Assembly: GCA_964511505.1 (NCBI GenBank)
Contig: CAZEFQ010000168.1
Location: 6,553-70,552 of the forward strand
Source of the DNA: an uncultured Rhizobium sp.
Lineage (GTDB): Bacteria; Pseudomonadota; Alphaproteobacteria; Micropepsales; Micropepsaceae
Length of the DNA: 64,000 nucleotides
Direction: 5' to 3'
Shown here: positions 24,051 to 33,704 of the stretch, one piece after another
Position numbering within the stretch: the stretch's first letter is position 1
Layout: every line of letters begins with the position of its first letter
The notes under the pieces: generated by a model
The model's database searches: none
What the model saw: the letters and a program-made list of their open reading frames with translations, nothing else
What the model was told of the DNA's origin: nothing
Position numbers and translations under genes: made by a program

Positions 24051-24527
24051 TCAGCTGCTCGGATTTGCTTTGAGCTTCATGAAATATTGCTCTGCCCATT
24101 TAGTCGGATAACTGGCCATCAGAAGATAAACGGGCACACCAGAAAAGGGAATCTGGGCGACGGAAGCGCTAAATAATATATGTTCCTGGTAGGCATTCCA
24201 TGCGCCAATTGCGCCATCCACGAGTATTCCGAGGATGCCTGCGAGTGCGAAGAACTTCCAACGCCAAGCCATTTTTGCTCGTCGGTCGCTTCCAATATCT
24301 TCGAGGAGATCGCCAACCGTAATCCAGAAAAAGATCGCCACGACTAACGCACATGCAACAAAAATTGCCAATACCGAGCCCACCACAAACATTATGGAGA
24401 TTGCATTCAAGACTGGATCGAGGCCGAAGGCCACGTCCGCGACAACTGCCGCAACAATGATCATCAGCAATATATTGTGCCAATTGAAATAGGGGCGAAG
24501 AAACATACCATGATAATGCCGACGCAT
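24051..24527 (-). CDS. Hypothetical membrane protein, AT-richer than host genes (start uncertain)
   Basis: About four hydrophobic segments; no recognisable motif. Confidence 0.55.
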   Translation of the reverse strand: MRRHYHGMFLRPYFNWHNILLMIIVAAVVADVAFGLDPVLNAISIMFVVGSVLAIFVACALVVAIFFWITVGDLLEDIGSDRRAKMAWRWKFFALAGILGILVDGAIGAWNAYQEHILFSASVAQIPFSGVPVYLLMASYPTKWAEQYFMKLKANPSS

Positions 24528-24843
24528 TTCCCGCACCGCTTTGAGCGGGATCAATCGGGCAGGCAAGGCGATTGCCAATGAAGGGCCCGACCACGATGGT
24601 AGGGAGGTGCCGGACACCGGTTTTGAGCGCATGTATCGCCTTCTCGATTGATGGGTCTTGCGGCCGCGTGCACGCGGCAATAAAGGTGCAAGGTGGCTGA
24701 GCGGACGCGCTGTCTATGACCCGATGCGGACATCCGCAGCTGCACAAAAATCTCAGGTTTACGTGCTTGTCCTCTTGGTCTTACCATGGCACGGAATCGA
24801 GGGCCTTGTGGTTGGGCGTTCTCGGAACGACAGGAACTCAGGG

Positions 24844-25860
24844 ATGAAACGCAAATCTTGTTTTAAGGGCGTCGTTGCCGCTGCACTCATTGCTTGCGGC
24901 GCGGCCGGGGCAGCATCGGCGCAGGGGCCGATCCCGATAAATGATCCGCCGGCGCCCGCGTCGGTGCCGGGTCATCTGGCGAAAGCCGCGCAAATTGCCG
25001 GAAATAATTCCTTTGCGTCGTTGCTGGCCTATTCGGGCTTGTGGTGCATGGGGCCCACCGAGAACCGGGAGGCTGTTTTTGCCCTGGCCGGTGCAAATTA
25101 CCCGATGCCGCCGGAAAAATGGTTCGATAATCTTTATTTCCTCGGCAAACCCTTTGTCGGCGCCTATATCCTGAAAACCAGCGCCGGCCTGGTGATGTGG
25201 GACACGCTGGACAATCCCAAGGAGGCCGAAACCATGCTGGTGCCCGGCATGAGGCAGCTTGGCCTCGATCCCAAGGACATCAAGCTCATCATCCTGACGC
25301 ACGGCCATTTCGATCATTTCGGCGGCGCCAAATATATGCAGGACACCTATCACACCCCCGTCGCCGAGAGCCAGGTGGATTGGGACCTGATGGCCGCCTA
25401 CAAGGCCGACGGCTCGGATGCGCATCCCTATCCCCCGACCAAGGACCGGGTGCTTGCCGACGGCGAAGACGTGAAGGTGGGCGACGCCACCATCCACATC
25501 GTGCTGACGCCCGGTCACTCGCCCGGAACGGTCTCCTCCATCGTGCCGGTGAAAGACCATGGCAAGACCATCATGATGGCGATGTGGGGCGGCACGGCCT
25601 ATCCAAGCACCAAGGTGGCGCTCGATCAGATGGGCGACTCGATGGACAAATTTAAAGGGGCGATAGCGAAGTACAACGCCGTGGGATTTCTCAACACCCA
25701 CCCCAGGGCTTTTTATCTCCGGGAACGTCTAGCCGCGCATGACCCGAAGGCGCCCAATCCTTTGGTCATCGGCAATGCCGATACGCTGGCGAGCGTGGGT
25801 GTCATGCGCGAATGCCTGGACAACATGAAGGACTGGTATGGGGCGATGGGCAGAAAATAG
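24844..25860 (+). CDS. Secreted metallo-beta-lactamase-fold hydrolase, subclass B3-like
   Basis: Signal peptide, THGHFDH, TPGHSPG, NTHP. Confidence 0.85.
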   Translation: MKRKSCFKGVVAAALIACGAAGAASAQGPIPINDPPAPASVPGHLAKAAQIAGNNSFASLLAYSGLWCMGPTENREAVFALAGANYPMPPEKWFDNLYFLGKPFVGAYILKTSAGLVMWDTLDNPKEAETMLVPGMRQLGLDPKDIKLIILTHGHFDHFGGAKYMQDTYHTPVAESQVDWDLMAAYKADGSDAHPYPPTKDRVLADGEDVKVGDATIHIVLTPGHSPGTVSSIVPVKDHGKTIMMAMWGGTAYPSTKVALDQMGDSMDKFKGAIAKYNAVGFLNTHPRAFYLRERLAAHDPKAPNPLVIGNADTLASVGVMRECLDNMKDWYGAMGRK

Positions 25861-25874
25861 CCCACGGATCGCGG

Positions 25875-26984
25875 CTAATTGGGGTATCCGAGTTTCAGCA
25901 TCACATTCTTCTGGCCGTTCACCGTGCCCTTGTCGAGCCACTCGCGCGAGGCGGCGAACATCAGCAGATGGTTTTTCTCCCACATGGCGTTGTGGGAGGA
26001 ACAGGCGAGGTCCACAAACACCTTGTCGCCGCCGATGTCGGCGTAGAGATTGCGTACATTCTGCGGGTTCACCTGGCCGTCATGCTGGCCTGAAAACATC
26101 AGGGTGGCGATTTTCGTATTCTTCGCCATCTCCTGCGTCCAGCCCGGTCCCCGCGCGGTCACCGGCGCGCGGCGGGCCGGAGGATTCCAGGACGCGCCCA
26201 CAGGGTCGGAAGCCAGCATCTCTTTCCAGACGGAATCGAAGGTCCCTTGCTCATATTGTCCGGGGCATGGCGCCTGGCCGTTCCACAGCTTCACCAGATC
26301 GTCATGGGTCTGCACGTTGAAGGCCGAACCGCGCGATGGTGCGGGCTGCGCCGCAGCCGGCGGACGGCTCGCGCCATTGAAGTACGCGGGCGCCAGAAGC
26401 ACCATCCTGTTCACCTTGTCGGGATGTTGCGCCGCCCAGCCTGCGGCCCGGGGACCGCCCTGCGACCAGGCGACAAGGTTGAGCTTGGTTCCGTGGCGCA
26501 GATTGAGGACATAATCCACCGCCGCGCCGACATCGTTCCAGTCGGAGACCAGGGTGGTGACACCGCTCGTCATGGTCGGCTTGCAGTCGGCGGGCACCTT
26601 ATATTCGGCGCGCTGTGCGTCGTTGAGGTTGCATTTGTCATTCATCGCCGCGGGACGGGCGGAACGGCCATAGCCTTCCATGTCTACCGCGAAGACGTCG
26701 TACCCGGCATTGGCAAGATAGGCCATCCAGCTGTAGTCGGCGAACGGTACGTCGAAGCTGACTTCCGCCGGCGTTCCCGCGCCATGGACAAACAACACCA
26801 GCTTGCTGGGGTCAGGTGTGCCCCTGACCCGTTCGCGCAGATAGAGCTGAACGGTCTGTCCCTTCTCGGACGGTGCGGTAGAGACGACATTGACATGATG
26901 GTCATTGCTGGCGATCTGGTTCTGTGCCATCGCCGAAGAAGCGAGCAACACCAGGCCCACCGCCAATAAACTGTTTACCCGCAT
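25875..26984 (-). CDS. Secreted alpha/beta hydrolase
   Basis: Signal peptide, VHGAG, DMEGYGRS, AWSQGG, SSHNA. Confidence 0.88.
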   Translation of the reverse strand: MRVNSLLAVGLVLLASSAMAQNQIASNDHHVNVVSTAPSEKGQTVQLYLRERVRGTPDPSKLVLFVHGAGTPAEVSFDVPFADYSWMAYLANAGYDVFAVDMEGYGRSARPAAMNDKCNLNDAQRAEYKVPADCKPTMTSGVTTLVSDWNDVGAAVDYVLNLRHGTKLNLVAWSQGGPRAAGWAAQHPDKVNRMVLLAPAYFNGASRPPAAAQPAPSRGSAFNVQTHDDLVKLWNGQAPCPGQYEQGTFDSVWKEMLASDPVGASWNPPARRAPVTARGPGWTQEMAKNTKIATLMFSGQHDGQVNPQNVRNLYADIGGDKVFVDLACSSHNAMWEKNHLLMFAASREWLDKGTVNGQKNVMLKLGYPN

Positions 26985-27037
26985 GCTATCCCCCCATGGA
27001 TTGCGCCGAGGTTAGCATGAGAATGAAAAAACGCTAG

Positions 27038-27200
27038 ATATTCAGAGGCACCCCGATGATACCCGCGGGGGGCCTGCTCGCGCTGCAGAGAAGTCTCAAT
27101 TGTGCCTTCTGCCGGGGCCCACCAATCGCCCGTTGGGGTGCTGGATATGCACGGGAAACCGTGAGGGGCCTGGCCCCGCGAAAGGTCGACATTCGGGGCG
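27038..27200 (+). ncRNA. Candidate structured RNA
   Basis: Rod-like stem 27038-27148 with G-U pairs valid only on + strand, then cacgg-GAAA-ccgtg. Confidence 0.3.
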
Positions 27201-27202
27201 GC

Positions 27203-27574
27203 CTAGCGATTGAACTTCTCCGCGTCAGCCTGCTGCATTGCCGGAGTGTACGGCTCAACCTTGTCGATCCGGCAGCGGTCAACGGGGCCGACCACCCGTC
27301 TGGAAAGCACCTGATCACCGCGGGAAACACAACTGCTGGCACCGGCCGTTTTGAAACCGAGAGTCAGATTCCAATCGAGATCTTCGCACTGGTCAAAGAA
27401 CGTGATCTTGAACTTTTTCTTGAGCCGGTCCATCACCACAAGGCTCTTGTTTCCAGGCAACGCGGTGAAACCATCTATCTGGCCGGTCCGCAGGCAGGTG
27501 TCCTGCGCGAATGCGGATGTGGACAATATCAGACCGGCGCACAATGAAATGAACAGAAGACGACGATTATTCAT
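27203..27574 (-). CDS. Small secreted four-Cys protein (DUF6491-like)
   Basis: Signal peptide AFA-Q; TCL..IDGF, C, C..GD, CRI pattern; GAGGAG RBS. Confidence 0.7.
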   Translation of the reverse strand: MNNRRLLFISLCAGLILSTSAFAQDTCLRTGQIDGFTALPGNKSLVVMDRLKKKFKITFFDQCEDLDWNLTLGFKTAGASSCVSRGDQVLSRRVVGPVDRCRIDKVEPYTPAMQQADAEKFNR

Positions 27575-27592
27575 GTTGTTCTCCTCGAGAAT

Positions 27593-27626
27593 GGCGCCGC
27601 GCCGGGGAGAGGACCGGCGCGGCGCC
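27593..27626. other. Perfect 13-bp GC hairpin without U-tract between co-oriented genes
   Basis: ggcgccgcgccgg-N8-ccggcgcggcgcc. Confidence 0.7.
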
Positions 27627-27632
27627 TGCTGC

Positions 27633-28016
27633 TCACTTCGCGGCGATGATCTCGTTGACGACAGGCATGGCGCTGTCGGTGGTGGCCTTGATGCAATTCT
27701 GGTTGGTCACCGGGATATAGACGGCCGGCGGATACTTCGAATCCAATTCCTTGCAGAGCTCGGCAGCGGTATCGCTGATGCGAGTGCGGAATTTCGCGGC
27801 ATCGCCGGGTTTGGAAAGGTCGAGGTCGGCGTAACTCACGACTTTCTCAACCGAAAGCGACAGGACATGCATGCCCTTCAGCTTCTGCTCCTTTGGGATA
27901 ACCAGCAGCGGCGCCGTGACGGTGATATTTTCCGAAGGCTTGATGTCCTGTGCGAAGGCGGTCGGACAAAGAGCCGTCATGCCGGCAGCTGCAAAAATCA
28001 AAATCTTCTTCATCAT
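27633..28016 (-). CDS. UrcA family secreted protein
   Basis: VSYADLDLS..RI..AAELC..C pattern; signal peptide; AAGGAG RBS. Confidence 0.82.
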   Translation of the reverse strand: MMKKILIFAAAGMTALCPTAFAQDIKPSENITVTAPLLVIPKEQKLKGMHVLSLSVEKVVSYADLDLSKPGDAAKFRTRISDTAAELCKELDSKYPPAVYIPVTNQNCIKATTDSAMPVVNEIIAAK

Positions 28017-28075
28017 GAGTTTTCTCCTTAAGGGTGGTTACTCATGAAGAATGCGTAACCATGACCCGGTCCGCT

Positions 28076-28089
28076 TTGATCTGCCTCAA
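28076..28089. promoter_or_regulatory. FNR/FixK-type box upstream of urcA-like gene
   Basis: TTGAT-CTGC-CTCAA. Confidence 0.65.
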
Positions 28090-28179
28090 CGGCCGCCTTT
28101 GGTTTTTCGACGGAGCGCTCTCGGGAAGAAATCCCGTTTCTGGAGCGAGGGAAACGGCCTGCAAGGAAGAAGTTTTCGG

Positions 28180-28680
28180 CTAGTTGAAGTGCCAGTTGCC
28201 GTCCATGCGACGGCAAGCCGACCCCGAGCGAGAGTAGTGCCGGCCATTGACATAGCCGTCCTCCTGGAACTCGCGGCAAAGCATGGCTCCGTTATGATAC
28301 TCACGGGTCGGCCGGAAATAGCCGTAGCTGGTGCGGCGATCATTCTGCCAATCGTAACGTCTGCCGATCGGGCCGTCGAAACCCTGGGCATAGGCCCGGA
28401 AGGCGTAGGGCCGGTCGCTGCAGCTGATATCTTTGGCAATTGAGGCGCCAGCGAGCCCTCCGAGAATGACCCCACCAAACGTGGCTGCGGTGTTGCCGGC
28501 GCCCCGGCCGAATTGGCTTCCCAGGATGCCTCCGAGGATCGCCCCGATGACGGCGCCGGCTGTCGTATTCTGATCCCGGCAATCCTCTCCATAGAAATAA
28601 CGGGGTTCTGCCTGCCCGGGCGAGGAGAGGGCGGCCGCCAGGAATATGGCGGCAGACGCGAGAAGTGCTGACCGGCGCAT
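28180..28680 (-). CDS. Glycine-zipper surface antigen (RT0821/Lpp0805, 17-kDa antigen-like)
   Basis: GAVIGAILGGILGSQFGRG, CREF, ACR..DGNW. Confidence 0.85.
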   Translation of the reverse strand: MRRSALLASAAIFLAAALSSPGQAEPRYFYGEDCRDQNTTAGAVIGAILGGILGSQFGRGAGNTAATFGGVILGGLAGASIAKDISCSDRPYAFRAYAQGFDGPIGRRYDWQNDRRTSYGYFRPTREYHNGAMLCREFQEDGYVNGRHYSRSGSACRRMDGNWHFN

Positions 28681-28735
28681 GGCAAACCTCAAATAAAGTC
28701 CAACAAAAACAGAACATCCGATCCGGCGCCGCACT

Positions 28736-28749
28736 TTGTTTCAGATCAA
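28736..28749. promoter_or_regulatory. FNR/FixK-type box (glycine-zipper gene side)
   Basis: TTGTT-TCAG-ATCAA. Confidence 0.65.
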
Positions 28750-28786
28750 TTCCGGAACGTAAAAGTGGTCCCACAAAACGCGGCGT

Positions 28787-28800
28787 TTGCGCGGGATCAA
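28787..28800. promoter_or_regulatory. FNR/FixK-type box (ABC exporter side)
   Basis: TTGCG-CGGG-ATCAA; centre 41.5 bp before ATG 28835. Confidence 0.7.
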
Positions 28801-28834
28801 GTGCAAAAGCGGCCGAAATTGCCACTAAATCCAA

Positions 28835-29578
28835 ATGGATCTGACCATTGCATCAGCCGCATCAGTCCGGCCGCCTTCCGTGGCATTTCATGTTCATGGC
28901 CTGACCAAGATTTATCGCTCTGGAGAAATCGATGTCCCTGCGTTAAGGGGGATAGATCTGGACATCTTTGCCTCGGAAGTCCTTGTGCTTCTCGGTCCCT
29001 CCGGTTCTGGCAAGTCAACGTTTTTGAACATCCTTGGGGGGCTCGACAGGCCGACAACGGGTGAAGCGCGCTTCCGGGACCATGACCTCTGCAAAATGAC
29101 CGATCGCGAACTGACGCTTTACCGCCGGGATCATGTTGGCTTCGTTTTTCAATTCTACAACCTGATCCCAAGTTTAACGGCTCGGGAGAATGTCGCGCTG
29201 GTGACGGAAATCGCCGCAAAACCTATGACACCGGAGGAAGCCTTGGAGATTGTAGGCCTGGGCAACCGGCTGAATCACTTCCCGGCGCAATTGTCCGGCG
29301 GCGAACAACAGCGTGTGGCCATTGCGCGGGCCATTGCAAAGCGCCCGGAGATATTGCTTTGCGATGAACCGACGGGGGCGCTGGACTCGCCAACGGGCAT
29401 TGTCGTTTTGCAGGCGATAGAACGCATCAATGCAGAACTCGGCACCACATCGGTCATCATTACGCACAATATCGCGATAGCAGGCATGGGCTCGCGCGTC
29501 GTTTCCTTCGCGGATGGCAGGATAGCCAACATCGAGGCAAACACCGTCCGGCGAGCCGCCCAGTCGATAAAGTGGTGA
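28835..29578 (+). CDS. ABC exporter ATPase (LolD/MacB type)
   Basis: [34 protein letters not shown]. Confidence 0.93.
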   Translation: MDLTIASAASVRPPSVAFHVHGLTKIYRSGEIDVPALRGIDLDIFASEVLVLLGPSGSGKSTFLNILGGLDRPTTGEARFRDHDLCKMTDRELTLYRRDHVGFVFQFYNLIPSLTARENVALVTEIAAKPMTPEEALEIVGLGNRLNHFPAQLSGGEQQRVAIARAIAKRPEILLCDEPTGALDSPTGIVVLQAIERINAELGTTSVIITHNIAIAGMGSRVVSFADGRIANIEANTVRRAAQSIKW

Positions 29579-29582
29579 TCTG

Positions 29583-31943
29583 ATGCGTGCCCTCAACAAG
29601 AAATTGTTGCGTGACCTCTGGCGGGCGAAAAGCCAGGCGCTCGCGATTGCCGCGGTGCTGGCCTGCGGGGTGGCAATCATCATCATGACATATGGCGCCA
29701 TGATGTCGTTGAGGCAAACGCGAGATACATACTATGAGCGAAACAGATTCGGGGCGATCTTTTCCCAGTTGAAACGTGCGCCGCTGCCGCTTGCCGCAAA
29801 CGCCGCGCGAATACCGGGTGTTTCCGCGGCGGATGCCCGCATCACTCACTATGCGGCGCTAGACATTGCCGGATTGGCGCGACCCGCTGCGGCCTATCTG
29901 GTGTCATTGCCAGAGGCCAGGGCTCCGTCTCTGAACAAGATCACACTCCGTAGCGGCCGCCTTCCGGAAAGGGATCGTGATGAACTGGTGATGAGCGAGA
30001 ACATGGCGCTGGCCCTCGGCTACGCTCCTGGAAGCAAGATCGGGGTCATCCTCGCCGGGAGAAAGCGTCTTTTCACGGTGACGGGTGTCGCGCTCTCACC
30101 GGAATTCGTCTATGTACTTGCTCCGGGTCAACTGATGCCGGACGATCAAGCCTTCGGAATTCTCTGGTTGGATCGTTCATTGATGGAAGCCGCCTTCGAC
30201 ATGCATGGCGCTTTCAACGATATCAGTCTTTCCGTACTCCCCAATGCCTCCATTCCAGACGTGATTCGACGCCTGGACAACCTCCTGGCCCCCTATGGCG
30301 GATCGGCCGCCTACGGGCGCGACGACCAGAGCAGCCATGCCTATATCACCCAGGAACTCGATCAGCTTCGTACCATTGCAATGGTCATTCCGCCGGTTTT
30401 TCTCGGTGTGGCCGCATTTCTTATCCATATGGTGCTGTCCCGTCTGATCGAGACAGAACGCGAATCCATCGGCCTGTTGAAATCCTTCGGCTATTCCAAC
30501 AACGAAGTTGGATGGCACTATGTGAAATTCTCCCTGGCGATAGCTCTGTTAGGGGCGGCGGCAGGATGCGCCGCCGGGTTCGGTCTTGGGCGGTGGATGA
30601 CGGGCATGTACCAGAACTATTTCCGGTTTCCCTTCCTGGAATACCGGATGGATAATGCGGTCTTCGCAGCCGCCATCGCCATCGCCTTTGCCGCTGCAAT
30701 GGCGGGCACCTTGAGCGCGGTCGGGCGCGCTATTCGGCTGGTGCCGGCCGAGGCCATGCGGCCCCCATCACCGCCCGCCTATCGCCGCACTCTCGTCGAT
30801 CTTATGGGGCTTGAGGGCCGCATATCGGTGCCAACCCAGATGATCATACGCCACATTGGCCGCTGGCCTCTGAGGGCCTTTTTCACCGCAAGCGGCGTTG
30901 CCCTGGCAATCATGTTGCTGGTGGGTCTGTTCTTTTTCTTCGATGCCATCGACGAACTGGTTGATAGCTATTATTACCGCGCCAATCGTCAGGACATTGT
31001 GATCAGTCTCATCGAACAGCGCAGCGAAAAAGCCGGCTTTGAAGTGGACCGCTTGCCGGGCATACGCGGTGCGGAACCTGTGCTTGAGGTGGCGGCTCGC
31101 CTTTCCCACGGGCATCTCGTTCAACGCCTCGGGATCGTCGGGTTGCCCAATGACACGCGGTTCCGGGCGTTTGTGGATTCCGCCGGTCGCAGCTTCACGC
31201 TGCCGCAAGAAGGCGTGCTGATTTCCGCCAAGCTTGCGAGCTTGCTGGACTTGCGCGTTGGCCAGAAATTGGAAATCCAGCTGCTGGAAGGCACCCGGCA
31301 AACAAAGTCTGTGCCCGTTTCCGGCATTGTTTCGGAAAATGTCGGCCTGTCCGCTTACATGGACCGTCGTGCGCTCGGGACGTTTGCCGGAGAAAACGGC
31401 AGCCTGACGTCCATACAGGCCGCGATAGACAGCGCCGCCCAGGCGGCGCTGCTTGGCAGGCTGAAGCAGATGCCTGCAGTTGCCACAGTTTCAACCCGGG
31501 CCCAAGCGATTTCCTCCCTGCGAGACAATATGGCCAGGAGCATGGTCATCGTCATTTATTTCTATATTGGATTGGGGTCCATCATTGTATTCGGCGTCGT
31601 CTATAATGCCGCGCGTATTTCCCTTTCGGAGCGTGGCCGCGAGCTTGCCAGCCTCAGGGTGATGGGTTTTACACGCTCGGAAACGGGTTATGTACTGATC
31701 GGAGAGCTGGCCTTGCTGGTCGTTGCGGCACTTCCGGCCGGCTGTGCTCTTGGCTATGGTCTTGCCTGGCTGATGAGCCACGCAATGGAGACGAAATTGT
31801 TTCGCGTTCCTTTTGTTATCGCCCCGGCGACATTCGGAATTGCCATGAGTATCGCACTGGCTTCCGCCGCGCTTTCCGCCCTCGCGGTGGCGCAGCGTAT
31901 CAATCGTTTGGACATGATCTCTGTCTTGAAGACCAGGGAATAG
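29583..31943 (+). CDS. FtsX/MacB-type ABC permease, two repeats
   Basis: ERESIGLLKSFGYS and ERGRELASLRVMGFT. Confidence 0.9.
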   Translation: MRALNKKLLRDLWRAKSQALAIAAVLACGVAIIIMTYGAMMSLRQTRDTYYERNRFGAIFSQLKRAPLPLAANAARIPGVSAADARITHYAALDIAGLARPAAAYLVSLPEARAPSLNKITLRSGRLPERDRDELVMSENMALALGYAPGSKIGVILAGRKRLFTVTGVALSPEFVYVLAPGQLMPDDQAFGILWLDRSLMEAAFDMHGAFNDISLSVLPNASIPDVIRRLDNLLAPYGGSAAYGRDDQSSHAYITQELDQLRTIAMVIPPVFLGVAAFLIHMVLSRLIETERESIGLLKSFGYSNNEVGWHYVKFSLAIALLGAAAGCAAGFGLGRWMTGMYQNYFRFPFLEYRMDNAVFAAAIAIAFAAAMAGTLSAVGRAIRLVPAEAMRPPSPPAYRRTLVDLMGLEGRISVPTQMIIRHIGRWPLRAFFTASGVALAIMLLVGLFFFFDAIDELVDSYYYRANRQDIVISLIEQRSEKAGFEVDRLPGIRGAEPVLEVAARLSHGHLVQRLGIVGLPNDTRFRAFVDSAGRSFTLPQEGVLISAKLASLLDLRVGQKLEIQLLEGTRQTKSVPVSGIVSENVGLSAYMDRRALGTFAGENGSLTSIQAAIDSAAQAALLGRLKQMPAVATVSTRAQAISSLRDNMARSMVIVIYFYIGLGSIIVFGVVYNAARISLSERGRELASLRVMGFTRSETGYVLIGELALLVVAALPAGCALGYGLAWLMSHAMETKLFRVPFVIAPATFGIAMSIALASAALSALAVAQRINRLDMISVLKTRE

Positions 31944-31945
31944 CC

Positions 31946-33148
31946 ATGACCCCCGCCCAGCGCCGCATCCTTTTATGGTCTGCGCTTGGGATATCAGTCG
32001 CAGCTGCCTTGGCCTGGGCCTTTTGGCCACGTCCCGTTGCGGTTGAAGTCGCGGCAGTCGGACGGGGTCCGCTGCGGGTCGAGGTTTCCGACGAAGGCCG
32101 CACGCGGGTGCGCGAAATCTACCAGGTCTCGGCCCCCGTCGCCGGCAGGCTCTTACGCGTAGAAACACATGCCGGCGATTCCGTGACCGGCGGGCAAACC
32201 GTTGTTGCTTATCTTCAGCCCACAATGGCTGCTTTTCTCGATGTCCGGTCACGGGCACAGGCGGATGCGGCGGTCAAATCTGCGGAAGCAGCCCGAGCGC
32301 TGGCCGCCAGCGAGCTTGAAAAGGCCAAAGCGCAACTCGCCTTTACCGCGTCGGATCTCAGCCGCGCCAAACGGCTTTCACAATCCAACGCCATCGCGAC
32401 GGTAGACCTGGAACGTGCTCAATTGGCTTATAATACCGCCCTGGCAGCCCGCAACACGGCGGAAGCGGCCCTCGAAGCCAAGCAATATGATCTCTTGGCA
32501 TCACGGACCCTGCTTGTCGATCCGGCCGATTATGAGCGTCTGCAGCACCAGCGCCCCAGCATGAAGCTGCTCGCGCCGGTTTCCGGCAAGGTGCTTCGCG
32601 TTTTGCATGAGAATGAATCCGTCGTCCCTGCCGGGTCTCCCATCCTTGAAATCGGTGATCCCAAAAATCTCGAGATTCTTGTCGAGCTGGTGTCGCAAAG
32701 TGCGGTCAAAATACATGAGGGAAATCAGGCGCGAATCACGGACTGGGGCGGGCCGGGCGAATTGCCGGCCCGGGTGCGCCGCATTGAGCCCGGCGGCTTC
32801 ACCAAAGTGTCCGCCTTGGGGGTGGAGGAACAGCGCGTCAATGTCCTTTTGGATTTCACCGGATCAGCCCGCACATGGGAGGCGATCGGGGATGGTTTCC
32901 GTGTCAACGCGCATATTGTCTATTGGGAAGACAAGGACGTTCTGCGGGTTTCGGCCGCCGGCCTGTTCCGCCATGGCGACGGCTGGGCGGTGTTCGCGGT
33001 GCGCGACGGTAAAGCTGCTCTGACGCCCGTGAAAATTGGCGAAAGTAATGACGAGTTTGCCGAAGCCTTAAGTGGCGTTAAAGCCGGAGACCTCGTTGTC
33101 GTTCACCCAAGCGACAGGATTGGGAACGGAACGTCTGTGAGCTATTAG
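31946..33148 (+). CDS. HlyD/MacA-type periplasmic adaptor
   Basis: N-terminal TM, APVAG / APVSG lipoyl half-motifs flanking a coiled coil. Confidence 0.9.
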   Translation: MTPAQRRILLWSALGISVAAALAWAFWPRPVAVEVAAVGRGPLRVEVSDEGRTRVREIYQVSAPVAGRLLRVETHAGDSVTGGQTVVAYLQPTMAAFLDVRSRAQADAAVKSAEAARALAASELEKAKAQLAFTASDLSRAKRLSQSNAIATVDLERAQLAYNTALAARNTAEAALEAKQYDLLASRTLLVDPADYERLQHQRPSMKLLAPVSGKVLRVLHENESVVPAGSPILEIGDPKNLEILVELVSQSAVKIHEGNQARITDWGGPGELPARVRRIEPGGFTKVSALGVEEQRVNVLLDFTGSARTWEAIGDGFRVNAHIVYWEDKDVLRVSAAGLFRHGDGWAVFAVRDGKAALTPVKIGESNDEFAEALSGVKAGDLVVVHPSDRIGNGTSVSY

Positions 33149-33267
33149 CCCGTTCCAGCATCGGGACAACGCTAGGTTTTTTTGCGTTCTTGTGCAGCGG
33201 TCGGTTTTTTCCGTCCAGGATATGTGTGCGCCGACCTCAAAAAGCCTCTCGATGCCAGCCAACGAAT

Positions 33268-33540
33268 CTATGACGAAGTGGGGTCGAATGGCACTTTGGT
33301 CACCCGGGTGACCACCTTCCGTCCCCCGCGACTTTCCACATTCAGTTGCACTTGATCGCCGATCGCGACCGAGGACAGATCGACATTGGGTGCGACCGCG
33401 TACATGTCGGTGCTGCCAAGCAGCAATTCCTGCTTGTTCAGTGCAATATAGGTGATCCAACCTTTTACCGTTGCTGCGAATGTCGAAAGCGTGCTCGCGA
33501 AAAGGAGCGCGATGGCGACGGCGATGGTTTTTCTGCTCAT
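33268..33540 (-). CDS. Small secreted OB-fold-like protein (DUF1344-like)
   Basis: Signal peptide; VKGWI..L..VAIGDQV; GGAGGG RBS. Confidence 0.65.
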   Translation of the reverse strand: MSRKTIAVAIALLFASTLSTFAATVKGWITYIALNKQELLLGSTDMYAVAPNVDLSSVAIGDQVQLNVESRGGRKVVTRVTKVPFDPTSS

Positions 33541-33639
33541 GGCGCCCTCCAATGCCTAGGTGCAGCCAAACGCGTCGAACAGAAGCTTGTGACGACCGCA
33601 ACCTGCCGATCTTTGTGCCAAGTCCTGCTTGTCCTGCCC

Positions 33640-33653
33640 TTGACATGGATCAA
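33640..33653. promoter_or_regulatory. FNR/FixK-type box
   Basis: TTGAC-ATGG-ATCAA. Confidence 0.7.
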
Positions 33654-33704
33654 GGCTGCCGCATTCCTCGGTTCATCAGCACGACCGGACCGGATTTTGG
33701 CTTC

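Noticed and set aside
27038..27148. 6S RNA or SRP RNA identity for the rod-like structure
   Set aside because: No recognisable conserved sequence or usual gene context; kept only as an unknown candidate.
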